A stretch of DNA of 64,000 bases from Candidatus Bathyarchaeota archaeon. GTDB lineage: Archaea; Thermoproteota; Bathyarchaeia; 40CM-2-53-6. The stretch is taken from NCBI GenBank assembly GCA_963726255.1, contig CAVSBL010000002.1, forward strand, positions 64,001 through 128,000, given 5' to 3'. A program made the position numbers and the translations under genes. The notes under the pieces were generated by a model. It saw only the letters and a program-made list of their open reading frames with translations, did not search any database and was not told the origin of the DNA. Below are positions 9,931 through 20,595 of the stretch, piece after piece; position 1 is the first letter of the stretch; every line of letters starts with the position of its first letter.

Positions 9931-10090
9931 CTTGCAAACTGTGCACTCGTATCAGAAATCAATTTACGCGCTACTCTGAGTAGGTTAGCTCCCTTACAGG
10001 AAGTGCGACAGGAACTGGGTGAATATTTTCTGACAAGGCATCTAGGAAACCTATTTATTGAACTAGTATGAAAGTTATACTTGTTGGACG

Positions 10091-10378
10091 TTGGAAGAAC
10101 CTGAGGTTGCAGTCGTAGGGACGAAAGGCCAAATCGTCATACCACGGCAAATGCGCACCAAGTTGAATATCCGACCAAAGACAAAGCTAGCAGTATACCG
10201 TAGCGGAAACAAGCTTGTACTTGCGAAACTATCAATTCCATCATTAGGCGAGGAACTCAAAGAATTATTCGGAGAGATTGACAGCCGCTACAAAAAGAGC
10301 CGGAGACCATCTGAAAAGGAGATACTAGAAGAGATTCAAGCATACAGAACGGAGAGGCGGCAATCAAAGGTCGCCTGA
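10091..10378 (+). CDS. AbrB/MazE-family antitoxin
   Basis: VGTKGQIVIPRQMRTKLNI; directly upstream of a PIN gene. Confidence 0.85.
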   Translation: MEEPEVAVVGTKGQIVIPRQMRTKLNIRPKTKLAVYRSGNKLVLAKLSIPSLGEELKELFGEIDSRYKKSRRPSEKEILEEIQAYRTERRQSKVA

Positions 10379-10379
10379 G

Positions 10380-10799
10380 ATGGTAACGGTTGTTGTCGAC
10401 ACAAACGTCCTAATCTCCGCCCTTCTAGGCCATGGCAAACCCAGGCGTCTGGTTACCCGCCTCCTCGAAGAACACGGGCTGATCACCTCAAGGGAAATGA
10501 TGACCGAGCTTATCGATGTTCTTACGAGGGTGAAGTTCAGCGGAATCAAGAACCGTCACCTTAACCGGTTCCTGTCAATCCTTGCGAGCAAAGCGAAAGT
10601 TGTGAAAGTTCAGGAACACCTCAACGTTATCGCAGAAGATCCGGACGATAACATTATACTTAGCACCGCTCACGAAGGAAATGCAAACTATGTAGTCTCG
10701 GGAGACAAGCATCTGTTAAACTTGAAAGAGTTCAGAGGCATCAGAATAGTTACCGTTAAGGAAATGCTCGAACTGCTGGACAACAGCCACACTGCTTGA
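10380..10799 (+). CDS. PIN-domain (VapC-like) toxin
   Basis: VVVDTNVLISAL...DPDDN...VSGDKHLL. Confidence 0.9.
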   Translation: MVTVVVDTNVLISALLGHGKPRRLVTRLLEEHGLITSREMMTELIDVLTRVKFSGIKNRHLNRFLSILASKAKVVKVQEHLNVIAEDPDDNIILSTAHEGNANYVVSGDKHLLNLKEFRGIRIVTVKEMLELLDNSHTA

Positions 10800-10902
10800 T
10801 TACTAGAACTTTGCCGTGCGCAAATAACCCCTAGAAGTTACCATTCAACCTGCCGCAGAATCATTCACGATTTCGAAACAAGAACCCGATAGGCCTAGGC
10901 AA

Positions 10903-11439
10903 TCATCTTATGTAGAGATGAGTCCAGAAGTGTCCTGTTTTATGCTTGGCTTTTTCCGGGAAATTGAAAGTGTGATCTGCTGACAAAATTCTGGTACCTT
11001 CTTTCAGCTCCTTGCGCAGTTTCGGTTCAACCATGTCGTTGATTTTTTGGGAAAGGTAGGCGGTGACAACGGACGCTTCCGACAAATCCTGCCCAAAGAA
11101 ATCTGCGTTCACAATTCGGACTTTATCTTCCAACCTGTTCTTTCTGATCGCTCTTTTGCTTAGCCAGGCGAGAAGCTTGCTCCTTTCTATGCCCACCGCC
11201 CTTATTCCATATCTCTTGGCTGCAGCGATCACAACTCTTCCATCCCCGCTGCCCAAATCAAACAGCACATCGTCAGGCCTGATATCGGCCATTTTCAGCA
11301 TGTTGTCAATCGTTTCCTGCGGCAACGGAATGAAGACCGCTTCGTTCCTTGCAAGTAGGATGAGAAAATAAATCAGGAGTGCAGCGGCCAGCCCAGCGAT
11401 AACAGTCAGAGGTATGGGCAGCGCTTCGGTCAATTGCAT
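10903..11439 (-). CDS. Class I SAM-dependent methyltransferase with N-terminal TM
   Basis: DLGSGDGRVV motif I. Confidence 0.85.
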   Translation of the reverse strand: MQLTEALPIPLTVIAGLAAALLIYFLILLARNEAVFIPLPQETIDNMLKMADIRPDDVLFDLGSGDGRVVIAAAKRYGIRAVGIERSKLLAWLSKRAIRKNRLEDKVRIVNADFFGQDLSEASVVTAYLSQKINDMVEPKLRKELKEGTRILSADHTFNFPEKAKHKTGHFWTHLYIR

Positions 11440-11551
11440 CGTAACTCTCAGCGTTCTCTAAACGGATAAACGGATACTTGGGTTGTGATATCAGGGACTG
11501 GAAGCTTAACTAGGCTTTTGTTAGGTGACAAACGTTCCAATTCAGTGGGTC

Positions 11552-11690
11552 TGGACAGGTTGGTGCCAAACCTCCAGCTCGCGGCTGAATTGCCTATCAT
11601 TGAAGGGTGACAGCAGCTTCTTCTCCGGGGTACACCTATTTGGGTGGTCGGAGGACCAGATTTGGCGCGAAAATCACGAAAATTCGGTGA
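11552..11690 (+). repeat. Non-coding element homologous to 15799..15925
   Basis: Shared collinear blocks TGGACAGGTTG.TG.CAAACC, TCATTGAAGGGTGACA, CGCGAAAAT and GGTGA. Confidence 0.75.
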
Positions 11691-11890
11691 AACTGCGGCT
11701 TATGGGTCAAAGAACGAGAAATCACGGTCCTGCGGCGCCGGGGGCTCACAGAGTACGGGCCCTCCATCTATTTGGTGCTAATCAAAATGGGCCCAATATT
11801 CAACGGCACCTCCAAGACCATCAACTATTGTACTATCACTGCCTCCAATGAATGGGCGCAGGTGTAGCCCAGCCTTAGGAGCCGCGAAGC

Positions 11891-14800
11891 GTGGGCAAAC
11901 GATGCTTGGGCGAAAGCAAACGCCAGCTCAGAGCATCGATTCTGTCGGCATTACTCATTACGCTGATTCTCAGCGAAGTCCTCGTTGGGCTTCCAGTCTC
12001 TTTGCCTCTCGTTCACGCGCAGTCCTCAAGCGGTTCATCCACGATCGCCCCAACCAGTACGTGGGGGCCGCTCATGGGGACGTCAGGTGACGTTCAAATC
12101 GACATAGACCACGCTGGAATCGCGGTTTGCGTGGAAATCCCAAGGGAATTCCTACAAGGGGTCATATCAAATGATAACGACACAAGCTTCATCCAATCCG
12201 ACATTAGGAACGATTATTACTACTACAGCGTCATCGATGAGTCGAATCGTTGGACGTATGGATGGAGAGGGTTCCCCAGCGATGGGCCATGCTTCAAACC
12301 AAACTTCTCCCTGCGCGACCCCAACGCCCCATGGTGCGTAGAAATATGGAACTACTTGAACGGAACCTTTCGCACCTTCACCCCACCAAAGTTCATCAGA
12401 TTCCGTAACTTGAACGCGCCTTCAATCTCGGGTAGGTACAATTTCACCGTGTTCGTCGCAAACCAAACGAATACCCAAGGTTACCCTAACCTCTGTGACC
12501 CAGCCGTGAATCCAAGTGTGAATCCGCCCCCAAACTTCTGTTCATTCCCAGATTTCGTTCACGCCTGGAACACGACGCTTTTCGTTCCGGTCAGCATGCG
12601 GGACCGGCCTGCAAGTATAGCAGGCACAATCTGCGACAATTGGTTCAGCACCAGTATAACCTGCGGGGGCGACAACATCATCTTGGGAACTAAGGGTGTC
12701 GCCTACGCCAAAGACTTGGCTACCAACCAAATTGTGGGCAGAAGTTACGTGAATGAGACGACTGGGGAATTCAACATAACTGGGCTAGCGCCGAATACAC
12801 CGACCACACCTCATCAATACCAAATACTAGCGTCTGCCGGTTTCGACCCGACCTACGATACAGCTTATTCACTGACTGCCTATCCGTTGTCAATCACCGT
12901 CGGGGCAGGCGAAAACAGGGGGGGAATAGTGGTTGCGCTGGATAGGGCGCCGCAGGTGTGCGGCAGCATAGAATATGAGCTGAACGGTGCGTCGCCCCCC
13001 TCATACCATTCGCTCACAAGTCACCCATACCTACCGAAAAGCGGCCTCAACGTTCTGAATGTTACTGTTGAGGCGGTTGACTCACAACAACATGTATACC
13101 GCAACATCACCCTATCACAGAACACTGGCTCCGACGATTTTAAGCTCATCACGGGTTCAAACGTGACCTACGTGGGAACAGACCCTTATGGTACAGAATT
13201 CGCGGGCCTCCCGCCTGCTAGTCCCAGTAGCCCCTACGTTTTGAATTTGAACGTATGGATCACGGGCTACGTGCAAGTCTTTCCCAATGGATCCCCTGAA
13301 ACAGTCACGGTCACGGTTAGCAGTTCACCACAATCCGGCACCTCAACCCCTTGCGCCACACCCTTTCCGAACCCCATACCCATGCAAGTGGGAGGCGTAA
13401 TATCAGGAACAATTCAACTCTGGAACGGCTTCACGCCTGAAACTCCGAATCAAGCAGAAAGGTCACTTCCTCTCCCACTCCCGCCCACGGACGCACTTTT
13501 CGGCGGGAATATTCTGATTCAAGCCTACGATCACTCAGGAATCCTTCGGGCCGTCAACGTCATCAATGGAACCTACGCGAACGGGACAACTACTTACAGG
13601 GACAACTCGTCAATACCGTTCATTCTCTACGGGTTCAATGAATACTTCAATCACACATGGTCAGGGGTGTGGGATGAACATGATTACGGGCTTCCCCCCG
13701 ACTCGGGCTATTCGATTCGGGTATACGTTAGAGGCTATGAACTTCAGACAATTAGCCCGATTTCAGTCTTCCTGGGCGCGAATGCGACTGCAACGGTCAA
13801 AATGCTTAGGGGAGGAGCGTTTCAGGTCGGAGTCTTCTCCTACGATAACCGATTCGGAACAAGGGCAATACAGGCGCCCCTGATGTTCAAGTTTCTAAAT
13901 CTCTCCATCCCTGTGAGGGCGCGAACATATTTCTACGCCTCCGGGTTTACAGTTGGTTACGTGGAATGCATCATCAGGCTCGGGGTCCAGCAGCCAGATC
14001 GACTATGCCGAAAAATGGAACCAACAACTTTTACAATCCTCTTTGCAGGCCAAAATTGGAATCTCCACGAGCTCTGGTTCTCCGGCGACATACCCACTCA
14101 CGTAACGAACGACACGTACACAATCAAAGCATACACGCTGGGGTACGTATGGCAATACGGTCCCTCGCAATCTCAAAACTATCTCCTAGGTTTTTCACAG
14201 TTAGCCATACCGCTCCTTTTTGGGGATGAGTTAGATATCACAGGTCCAGTGTTCGTAGACGGCCGTATTCTGGGGTCTTTGCCTGAGAACGAATACGCGA
14301 TCGGGCAGGCGTTCGCCGGCTCTTTGATGGGTGCAATGCCAGCGAACTTGACTGAAGGAACACCCACTCTCTCGTTACCGATTTTCGGTTTCGGTGGTAT
14401 GACTAACAGTACAGGAAAGCTAGAAGGCAATGGTCACTTTTTCTACGTCGCCCCGGACGGGGGTCTACACTTCGATTATGGCCTTGACAATGCCACCTAC
14501 ACGGCGCAGGTGCCGGAGTTCGGTTTTGATTACCACTTCATGCAACCTTTCGCACCTTCGACAGTAACGTTCAGCGACCTGTTCCTTCAAACTGGTGTCG
14601 TGATGGATGATTTTGAAATGGCTAGGGTGGGTTTCGGCCAATTAGTTACGGGCGATACTTCCTCTTGCAGTGGATGCACTTTTGATGTCGCACCGTTGTC
14701 GTGGGTACAGGTGACTGCATCTAACTCGACGTTCCAGCGGACAGTTACAACACTGGACGGGCAGTTTGATGGTCCCGGGGCCCTATTTCTGCCAGCAGGC

Positions 14801-14941
14801 AATTACACTATCACGTATTCCCAAACGGCATACTATCTTTCCCAGACTCAGGTCTTACAAGTTCAATGGGGTGGCACTTATGTCTCCAGCCCACCCAGCG
14901 GTTCACTATGTCCAATCCTTCCGCCCGCGACTACCTGCTAA
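11891..14941 (+). CDS. Large secreted cell-surface protein (1016 aa)
   Basis: N-terminal signal peptide (..VHA|QSS), many N-X-S/T sequons, beta-rich composition, Cys pairs. Confidence 0.8.
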   Translation: MGKRCLGESKRQLRASILSALLITLILSEVLVGLPVSLPLVHAQSSSGSSTIAPTSTWGPLMGTSGDVQIDIDHAGIAVCVEIPREFLQGVISNDNDTSFIQSDIRNDYYYYSVIDESNRWTYGWRGFPSDGPCFKPNFSLRDPNAPWCVEIWNYLNGTFRTFTPPKFIRFRNLNAPSISGRYNFTVFVANQTNTQGYPNLCDPAVNPSVNPPPNFCSFPDFVHAWNTTLFVPVSMRDRPASIAGTICDNWFSTSITCGGDNIILGTKGVAYAKDLATNQIVGRSYVNETTGEFNITGLAPNTPTTPHQYQILASAGFDPTYDTAYSLTAYPLSITVGAGENRGGIVVALDRAPQVCGSIEYELNGASPPSYHSLTSHPYLPKSGLNVLNVTVEAVDSQQHVYRNITLSQNTGSDDFKLITGSNVTYVGTDPYGTEFAGLPPASPSSPYVLNLNVWITGYVQVFPNGSPETVTVTVSSSPQSGTSTPCATPFPNPIPMQVGGVISGTIQLWNGFTPETPNQAERSLPLPLPPTDALFGGNILIQAYDHSGILRAVNVINGTYANGTTTYRDNSSIPFILYGFNEYFNHTWSGVWDEHDYGLPPDSGYSIRVYVRGYELQTISPISVFLGANATATVKMLRGGAFQVGVFSYDNRFGTRAIQAPLMFKFLNLSIPVRARTYFYASGFTVGYVECIIRLGVQQPDRLCRKMEPTTFTILFAGQNWNLHELWFSGDIPTHVTNDTYTIKAYTLGYVWQYGPSQSQNYLLGFSQLAIPLLFGDELDITGPVFVDGRILGSLPENEYAIGQAFAGSLMGAMPANLTEGTPTLSLPIFGFGGMTNSTGKLEGNGHFFYVAPDGGLHFDYGLDNATYTAQVPEFGFDYHFMQPFAPSTVTFSDLFLQTGVVMDDFEMARVGFGQLVTGDTSSCSGCTFDVAPLSWVQVTASNSTFQRTVTTLDGQFDGPGALFLPAGNYTITYSQTAYYLSQTQVLQVQWGGTYVSSPPSGSLCPILPPATTC

Positions 14942-15735
14942 CGCTTCAGAAGCAGAAAGATGCCGGCGAAAACCGGGTCTCCGAAAATCAGTGCAATCAC
15001 CACCCCGACAAGTATGAAGACAAGCATAGGCAAACCAGGGGTAACCCACACCCGGCTTGGCGAACCTATCTTTCGCAACGAATCATTGAACTTTGAGAGA
15101 ACCTCTTGTCTGTCAACATCAGCGTTGGAGTACATTTGAAGCGTTCGACGCGCCCCTTTCTCGTCCTCGACAACGTTCTCCATTGGGTAAAGGTAGAAAG
15201 TTGACTGCAAGTGCGTCGGTTGGGTTGGAAAGCCAGTCACGAAGGCCAACATTTTCTTCCACGCCGGTTCCTGTTCCAATCCGTCGAACATATGCGACTT
15301 GAGTCTCGTCCATAGGATCGTGTTCTTCGCCATCATCCATATGGCCACCGAAAATGAGCACAGGTAACCAGTAACTAAGGCGACGATAGGGAAGAAAGGG
15401 TGAACGAAACCGAGAACTGGGGGTATGATGCTCGGGGGAAGCGGCAGAGCCAAGCCGAGGCAGATTAATGCCTTCGCATCGGCTCCTCCAGACAAGCCGA
15501 AGAACACTAATCCAAAGGCGACCAGAATTGAGAGCGCTATTGAAATGGCAGCCAGTAGAAGTTGGGATGGGTCGAAGTAGATTCTGTAGGCGGTAAGTGC
15601 TGCGCCTACTGGGCCGTACAGCGCCCACACTTTGTCTGGCACCTCGCGTGTGCGCAGGTCATAGTATGATGCAATCGTTAGGCAGAGGAGGGTAAGGCTG
15701 ATCGGTATGTAATTCGAGGCCTGTAGCGGGTCCAC
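14938..15735 (-). CDS. Prepilin/prearchaellin peptidase (A24, PibD/ArlK-like)
   Basis: YYDLRTREVPD, GGADAKAL and WVTPGLPM. Confidence 0.92.
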   Translation of the reverse strand: MDPLQASNYIPISLTLLCLTIASYYDLRTREVPDKVWALYGPVGAALTAYRIYFDPSQLLLAAISIALSILVAFGLVFFGLSGGADAKALICLGLALPLPPSIIPPVLGFVHPFFPIVALVTGYLCSFSVAIWMMAKNTILWTRLKSHMFDGLEQEPAWKKMLAFVTGFPTQPTHLQSTFYLYPMENVVEDEKGARRTLQMYSNADVDRQEVLSKFNDSLRKIGSPSRVWVTPGLPMLVFILVGVVIALIFGDPVFAGIFLLLKR

Positions 15736-15798
15736 CGATTGTTCCTCCGGCTCACGCCTGTCATTTTTGAGAGGGGTAGGTTAACTAGTTGGAAGTAT

Positions 15799-15925
15799 TG
15801 GACAGGTTGATGACAAACCCCAGTCTTTCGGTGATTTGCATTTCATTGAAGGGTGACACCACTCACGGGGACTTATTTATGGGGCAATGGTGTGATTTTA
15901 CGCGAAAATACGGAGAACCAGGTGA
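15799..15925 (+). repeat. Non-coding element homologous to 11552..11690, upstream of trmB
   Basis: Same collinear blocks as 11552..11690. Confidence 0.75.
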
Positions 15926-15934
15926 TTCGGTGCC

Positions 15935-16750
15935 TTGTCGGTCGAAGAACGCGAAATTGTTGCATTACGGCGCCTCGGGCTCACCGAATATGAATCCAGA
16001 ATATACCTGGTGCTGATTAAGATGGGCCAAATCAAGGCCAGTGAACTGAGTTTCTTCGGCCAAATTCCGAGGACGAAAACCTATGGTTCAATCAAAGAAC
16101 TAGAACGAAAAGGGCTACTTCATGTAATTCCCGGCAAGCCTGAGGCATACGCGCCCTCATCACCAAGCGAGGTTCTGATGCCGTTAGTTACCAAACTGAG
16201 CCGTGAGCTAACCGATGCCGAGGTTGTTGTCCAAGGCCTGGCGCTGGCATATGAATCAAGGAGATTTGTCAAACGCCAATCACCAAAAGAGTCTGAAGAA
16301 TTCTGGGAACTCGAGGGCAGGCCAGGTATAATCAACAAGATGAATCAGATATTTCGCGACGCGTCAAAGAGCATCAACTATTGTACAACAGCGGCAGGCT
16401 TGGTCCGAGCGTACAAGGCTCATTGTGAGATACTGGAGAAGGTCAAGAAAAAGGGGACCAACGTTCGAATCCTCTCCCCAGTAAACGCCGAGAGCACCGC
16501 CGTCGCTCAAGAAATGTCTGAGGTGCTTGAATTCAAGGTCTTGGACAAACCGTTTGGTGAGAATTTTGTCACTGTCGATGGTCACGAATTGGTTGTAATA
16601 GAAACAAAGCCAGATGATCTGCGAACTGACCAAGGTGCCGATAAGGCGGTTTGGAGTACAAACAGGCTTCTTGTTGAGCTACACGACCAACTCTTTGATA
16701 GAGTTTGGAACATGCTCCCGAGAGCAAAGCTTGCCAGACAGGTAGCTTGA
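15935..16750 (+). CDS. TrmB-family transcriptional regulator
   Basis: LGLTEYESRIYLVL...IPRTKTYGSIKELERKGL HTH plus a C-terminal effector domain. Confidence 0.92.
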   Translation: MSVEEREIVALRRLGLTEYESRIYLVLIKMGQIKASELSFFGQIPRTKTYGSIKELERKGLLHVIPGKPEAYAPSSPSEVLMPLVTKLSRELTDAEVVVQGLALAYESRRFVKRQSPKESEEFWELEGRPGIINKMNQIFRDASKSINYCTTAAGLVRAYKAHCEILEKVKKKGTNVRILSPVNAESTAVAQEMSEVLEFKVLDKPFGENFVTVDGHELVVIETKPDDLRTDQGADKAVWSTNRLLVELHDQLFDRVWNMLPRAKLARQVA

Positions 16751-16820
16751 AGCGGTTCATCGCGGCTGTTGGATTACGGTTTATGTTTTGAGATGAACTC
16801 AACGGTTTTGCGACGATTTT

Positions 16821-17579
16821 CTAGATAACAATCTCTTTGGAGTAGACTTCAATTCCTTTCGCAGTAATCGCGTAAGGTCTAGGTTGGCGGTCGATCTGTG
16901 TTTCTCGCATCTTCTCTATTTGGATAACTCGCTCCATGCCGCGCCGCTCCTTGCCTGCAATAAGTGTTTGCATTAGAATGACCCCATGAACCAAGTACTC
17001 CTCAATCTGAAGGTTACGCCCCCTTATTCCCACTCGCTGCAATTCCGATGAGAGGATGCAGGTAGCACCTGTTTCCGAAAGCGCCTCAACTAGGTCCAAC
17101 AAGACCTTCCTTCTCTCCGATTCCTTGGGATACTGAAACATCAGCAGCGAGACGGGGTCAACAACTATCCTAGTAGCTCCAATGGTTTTGGCGCTGTTCC
17201 GAATCACTTCTATGAGGCTGATCAGTGAGAAATCTTGTTTACCAATTGTCAGGTTCCCGATCTTGATTTCCCCAGGGATCGACCTTATCGGGGAAGCGTC
17301 TACGAACGCAAATTCTCCACGTTTCTCTGCGTCGGCGAAGTCCCAGCCGAATTGACTCATCTCCCTATCGTAATGGTTCCTGTCCTCCTCCATGCTAACG
17401 AAGAGGCCTTTTTCACCATACTTGCTTATTCCGGTTGCAAGAAACTGCGAGCACGCGATCGTTTTCCCTGATCCTGGTTCTCCCAACACAAGGAGGATGC
17501 GGCCTTGAGGAATTCCTCCCCCGAGCATTTCATCAAGTCCTGGGATGCCGGTGGGTGTGCGGGCGACCGTTTTCTTCAA
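16821..17579 (-). CDS. KaiC/RAD55-like ATPase
   Basis: TGIPGLDEMLGGGIP, Walker A GEPGSGKT, RIVVDPVS, IEKMR. Confidence 0.92.
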   Translation of the reverse strand: MKKTVARTPTGIPGLDEMLGGGIPQGRILLVLGEPGSGKTIACSQFLATGISKYGEKGLFVSMEEDRNHYDREMSQFGWDFADAEKRGEFAFVDASPIRSIPGEIKIGNLTIGKQDFSLISLIEVIRNSAKTIGATRIVVDPVSLLMFQYPKESERRKVLLDLVEALSETGATCILSSELQRVGIRGRNLQIEEYLVHGVILMQTLIAGKERRGMERVIQIEKMRETQIDRQPRPYAITAKGIEVYSKEIVI

Positions 17580-17647
17580 ACTATTTCCCTTCAGTCAATA
17601 CAAGCGCGATGAATAAATGATTTCGCTACCACCATTGGGCTTAGGAA

Positions 17648-18604
17648 TCAACGAGAGAAGGGGTCGACTAACGTCCCGTCGTCACCGATATCGTATCTTA
17701 TCCAAGACATCAAATGCTTCGTGCCGATCATTCGAAGTACCCTCAACTCCCTGGCGTTCCCTTCGGGTGTCTCATCGATCTTCATCTCGATGACCCCATC
17801 TACGATGTCCTGGGCTGAGGCAATTATGGCCTGGTGAAATGCCCTACGATTCATCGTCACCAAGGACAAAGCTCCGGCTTGTCTCGTGCGTGCGACAAAC
17901 ACTCGGAGGAATTCGACCGCAGAGCGAACTCCACGATTTCTTATGAGCGTGTTGAACGAGTCTAATACCAACATGGATATTTTGCGTTTGGTCATAATGT
18001 CTGAGATTGTGACACTGATTTCTGAAAGATTTTCTGCGTTAGGCGTGTAGTCTTCGTTGCTTTCAAGTCCAACCGCCTTGGAGTAGCAGTCTATGAGGAT
18101 GAGGGGTGACCAGTCCAATTTGTCTTTTGAAATGTATGGCCCGACTAATTGCCTTATGTTGTCTGGGAAGTTGTCTAAGGTGACGTAAAGTACCGATTTT
18201 TGTGCTGCAATTTGACGGCCTACAAAGTAGCCGAGCATGTGTTCATGCCCTGCACCTGGGTCGGCTAAGATTAGTATATTGCCTACATTTGGCATGCCTG
18301 AGGGCAAGGCTTTGTCCAGGACTGGAATTCCTGTCGGTGACCTTGAGATCTCAGCTGAGACACTAGCTTCGGCCTCGGTCGTCTCACCGAGGATAAGCTG
18401 CTTTGAGATCGCATCCTGAATCTCCTTGTTCCTATCCTGTACGAACGTGTACACTTCGTCCTTCTTCAGTATCCCAAGTTCGACTAAGTCTACAATTTCC
18501 TTCTGGGCCTCGGCAGGCGTGCATCTGATTCTCTTCGCAAGTCCTTCCGCTGTCTCAGCCAACTCGGAATTGTTATTGAACAGTGTCAGAATGTCTGCTT
18601 TCAC
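17648..18604 (-). CDS. wHTH fused to a KaiC/RAD55-like domain with degenerate Walker A
   Basis: N-terminal ETAEGLAKRI...LVELGIL; then TGIPVLDKALPSG, ADPGAGHE in place of GxxGxGKT, LVLDSFN and VDGVIEM. Confidence 0.8.
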   Translation of the reverse strand: MKADILTLFNNNSELAETAEGLAKRIRCTPAEAQKEIVDLVELGILKKDEVYTFVQDRNKEIQDAISKQLILGETTEAEASVSAEISRSPTGIPVLDKALPSGMPNVGNILILADPGAGHEHMLGYFVGRQIAAQKSVLYVTLDNFPDNIRQLVGPYISKDKLDWSPLILIDCYSKAVGLESNEDYTPNAENLSEISVTISDIMTKRKISMLVLDSFNTLIRNRGVRSAVEFLRVFVARTRQAGALSLVTMNRRAFHQAIIASAQDIVDGVIEMKIDETPEGNARELRVLRMIGTKHLMSWIRYDIGDDGTLVDPFSR

Positions 18605-19042
18605 ATCGGTATCAAGGAGTAGCTCGAAGAGTTTCGTGGAACGTTTCGTCAGGGGTTAGCCCTTCTAGGCCGAATAAGAGAGAAGCGTTGGAGACCCGAT
18701 TTTAACCTCATGGCGTCGGTTTGCACGTTCAACGCTAAACGCTGCTTACCTCAGCATCTGTTATGAGAAGTCTATGCGTAGAGCATGTGAAATCTAATTG
18801 CATGTTGAGTTGTGCGTTCTAGCTCTCGAAAGGTAAGCTCCAAGCATGCAGCGACCCGAACAGGCAGGAAACCTTAGCCATGAGTCATAGGGCGAAACAT
18901 GAGTACTGTAACTAGGCTATCGGGTTGGAGCAAATACATCTCCACACACCCAACTCACAGCGACACAAGCGATATGAAACGACATGAAACACGAATAAGC
19001 CCTCGGCTTTATCTGGTTCAGGGCACCCACTTTCGGAGTAAG

Positions 19043-19705
19043 CTATGGATTCCTTCTCTTGTGCAGGACATCGTCGAGGGCTTCAACGAGGTGGTGAGAC
19101 GGTCTTTCGTCTCTTGAATAGTTGAACGTGGTCCTGCCCATCTCCTGTTCAATCTGGTGAAGGATCATCCTAGTAGTCTTCTCACCAGCTAATACGGTAA
19201 GGCGGTCGAGGATTGATTTCACAAGTTCTCGGTAAGTTGATGCGGCCAGGTCCGATTCTGTTCTTGGAGTTATCGGTTTTGTCGAAGCTGGTTCAGCCGT
19301 TTTGGGTACTTCGTTTCCTGATGTGTCGGGTGCGCCGCGAATCGTGTAGGTTATGATTAACTCAGGCATTATTGGCTCAGTTGTTAGCGGCTCGGCGGTC
19401 GGCGTTTTTGTTGGCTTTGTGATATCATTCCCATTATTCCGTTCGAAGCTTCGCCATGACCGGCCGAGGGCGGCGCCGGTTAGCGGTCGCATGGATTTGA
19501 TTCGTAGATAGTCCGAGTTATGTGATAGTTGCGGGTATTCACGGTAGAAGATTCGCATGTTATCTTGGTAGGTTCCTTTCGTGTCTAAGTGCGTCTCAAA
19601 ATCGATTAGGTCCTCGCTGAGTCCGACGAATCGCGCTCTCTCACGTATTTTATTCCTAAACAGTTCGCACAGTCCGGGGTTTGCTTCGAAAGTGTCACGT
19701 ATCAT
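19043..19705 (-). CDS. Hypothetical protein, possibly C-terminally truncated
   Basis: 220-aa ORF with a Pro/Thr linker; no family recognised. Confidence 0.55.
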   Translation of the reverse strand: MIRDTFEANPGLCELFRNKIRERARFVGLSEDLIDFETHLDTKGTYQDNMRIFYREYPQLSHNSDYLRIKSMRPLTGAALGRSWRSFERNNGNDITKPTKTPTAEPLTTEPIMPELIITYTIRGAPDTSGNEVPKTAEPASTKPITPRTESDLAASTYRELVKSILDRLTVLAGEKTTRMILHQIEQEMGRTTFNYSRDERPSHHLVEALDDVLHKRRNP

Positions 19706-20026
19706 GTGGCAAACCTTGTTCTATACTGGCTGGTGACCGGTAAGTGGTCAAACAGTTTGCGGCCGTTTGGCGCAGCTAACCTCAGAAGCCAGCGAGGCCG
19801 CCATATAGGAATACGCACCAATATTCAGGTAATTCTGCGGCCAATAACCAAGAATGCTAGCGCGAACCTGCTTCAGCAACTATCAAGGGTTGCAGAATGT
19901 CAGAATACAAAAAAAGCGCGTTCGGGTTCACAAGTGGCTAGATGAAGAATCGTTTCATCGACTTCCCGTGCGGGAACCGTTTCTATAAGCCCTAACTTTT
20001 TTAGCTCGGGCGTATTGGCGATAAAC

Positions 20027-20506
20027 CTACATGTCCTGAACGCCGTTCTTGGTTGCATCTGCAAAGTCAGAGAACGAGAACTGCGTTCCGCCGGAAAAGT
20101 TCGAGCCGAGTTTACGGTAGAATCGTGTTAGTATGTTTTTTTCTATCGCCACGGCGGCCGGTCCAAAGGTTTCTTGCATGCATTCGTGAAAATCGTCCAA
20201 CCTTTCAGGTATGTCTTCCCTGTCCAGTGCTCGCCTATTCGCCAAGTATGCGTACCATGCATTCTTGACGCGGTGCCCTAGCAAGTCAGCGAAGCTTTCA
20301 TCAATAGACTCCATCAGCAGCTCGTCCCTACGCACAGGAGCCAAAGCCGCACTCGCGTAATCCCCCGTAGAATCCGGTCGGTCTTGCACAGCTAACCACG
20401 CCATCAAGACTCTCTGCGGCGCATATAGCGGAATGTGGAAAGATTCCATTGGAAGGCATGAAAGTGGAACATTTCCTACCGCCACGCATAACGAACTGTT
20501 CCACAA
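20027..20506 (-). CDS. Hypothetical protein with DUF3227/NitrOD5-like helical domain
   Basis: LMESIDESFADLLG...IPERLDDF...FGPAAVAIEKNILTRFY.KLG pattern; start uncertain. Confidence 0.55.
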   Translation of the reverse strand: MWNSSLCVAVGNVPLSCLPMESFHIPLYAPQRVLMAWLAVQDRPDSTGDYASAALAPVRRDELLMESIDESFADLLGHRVKNAWYAYLANRRALDREDIPERLDDFHECMQETFGPAAVAIEKNILTRFYRKLGSNFSGGTQFSFSDFADATKNGVQDM

Positions 20507-20595
20507 GCATCAGACTAGCATGTTTCGACCTTCAGCCAACCACCCAATCTCGAAAATCGCAATCTGATACGCTCAGGTCGGCAGCCGCTGAAGAT

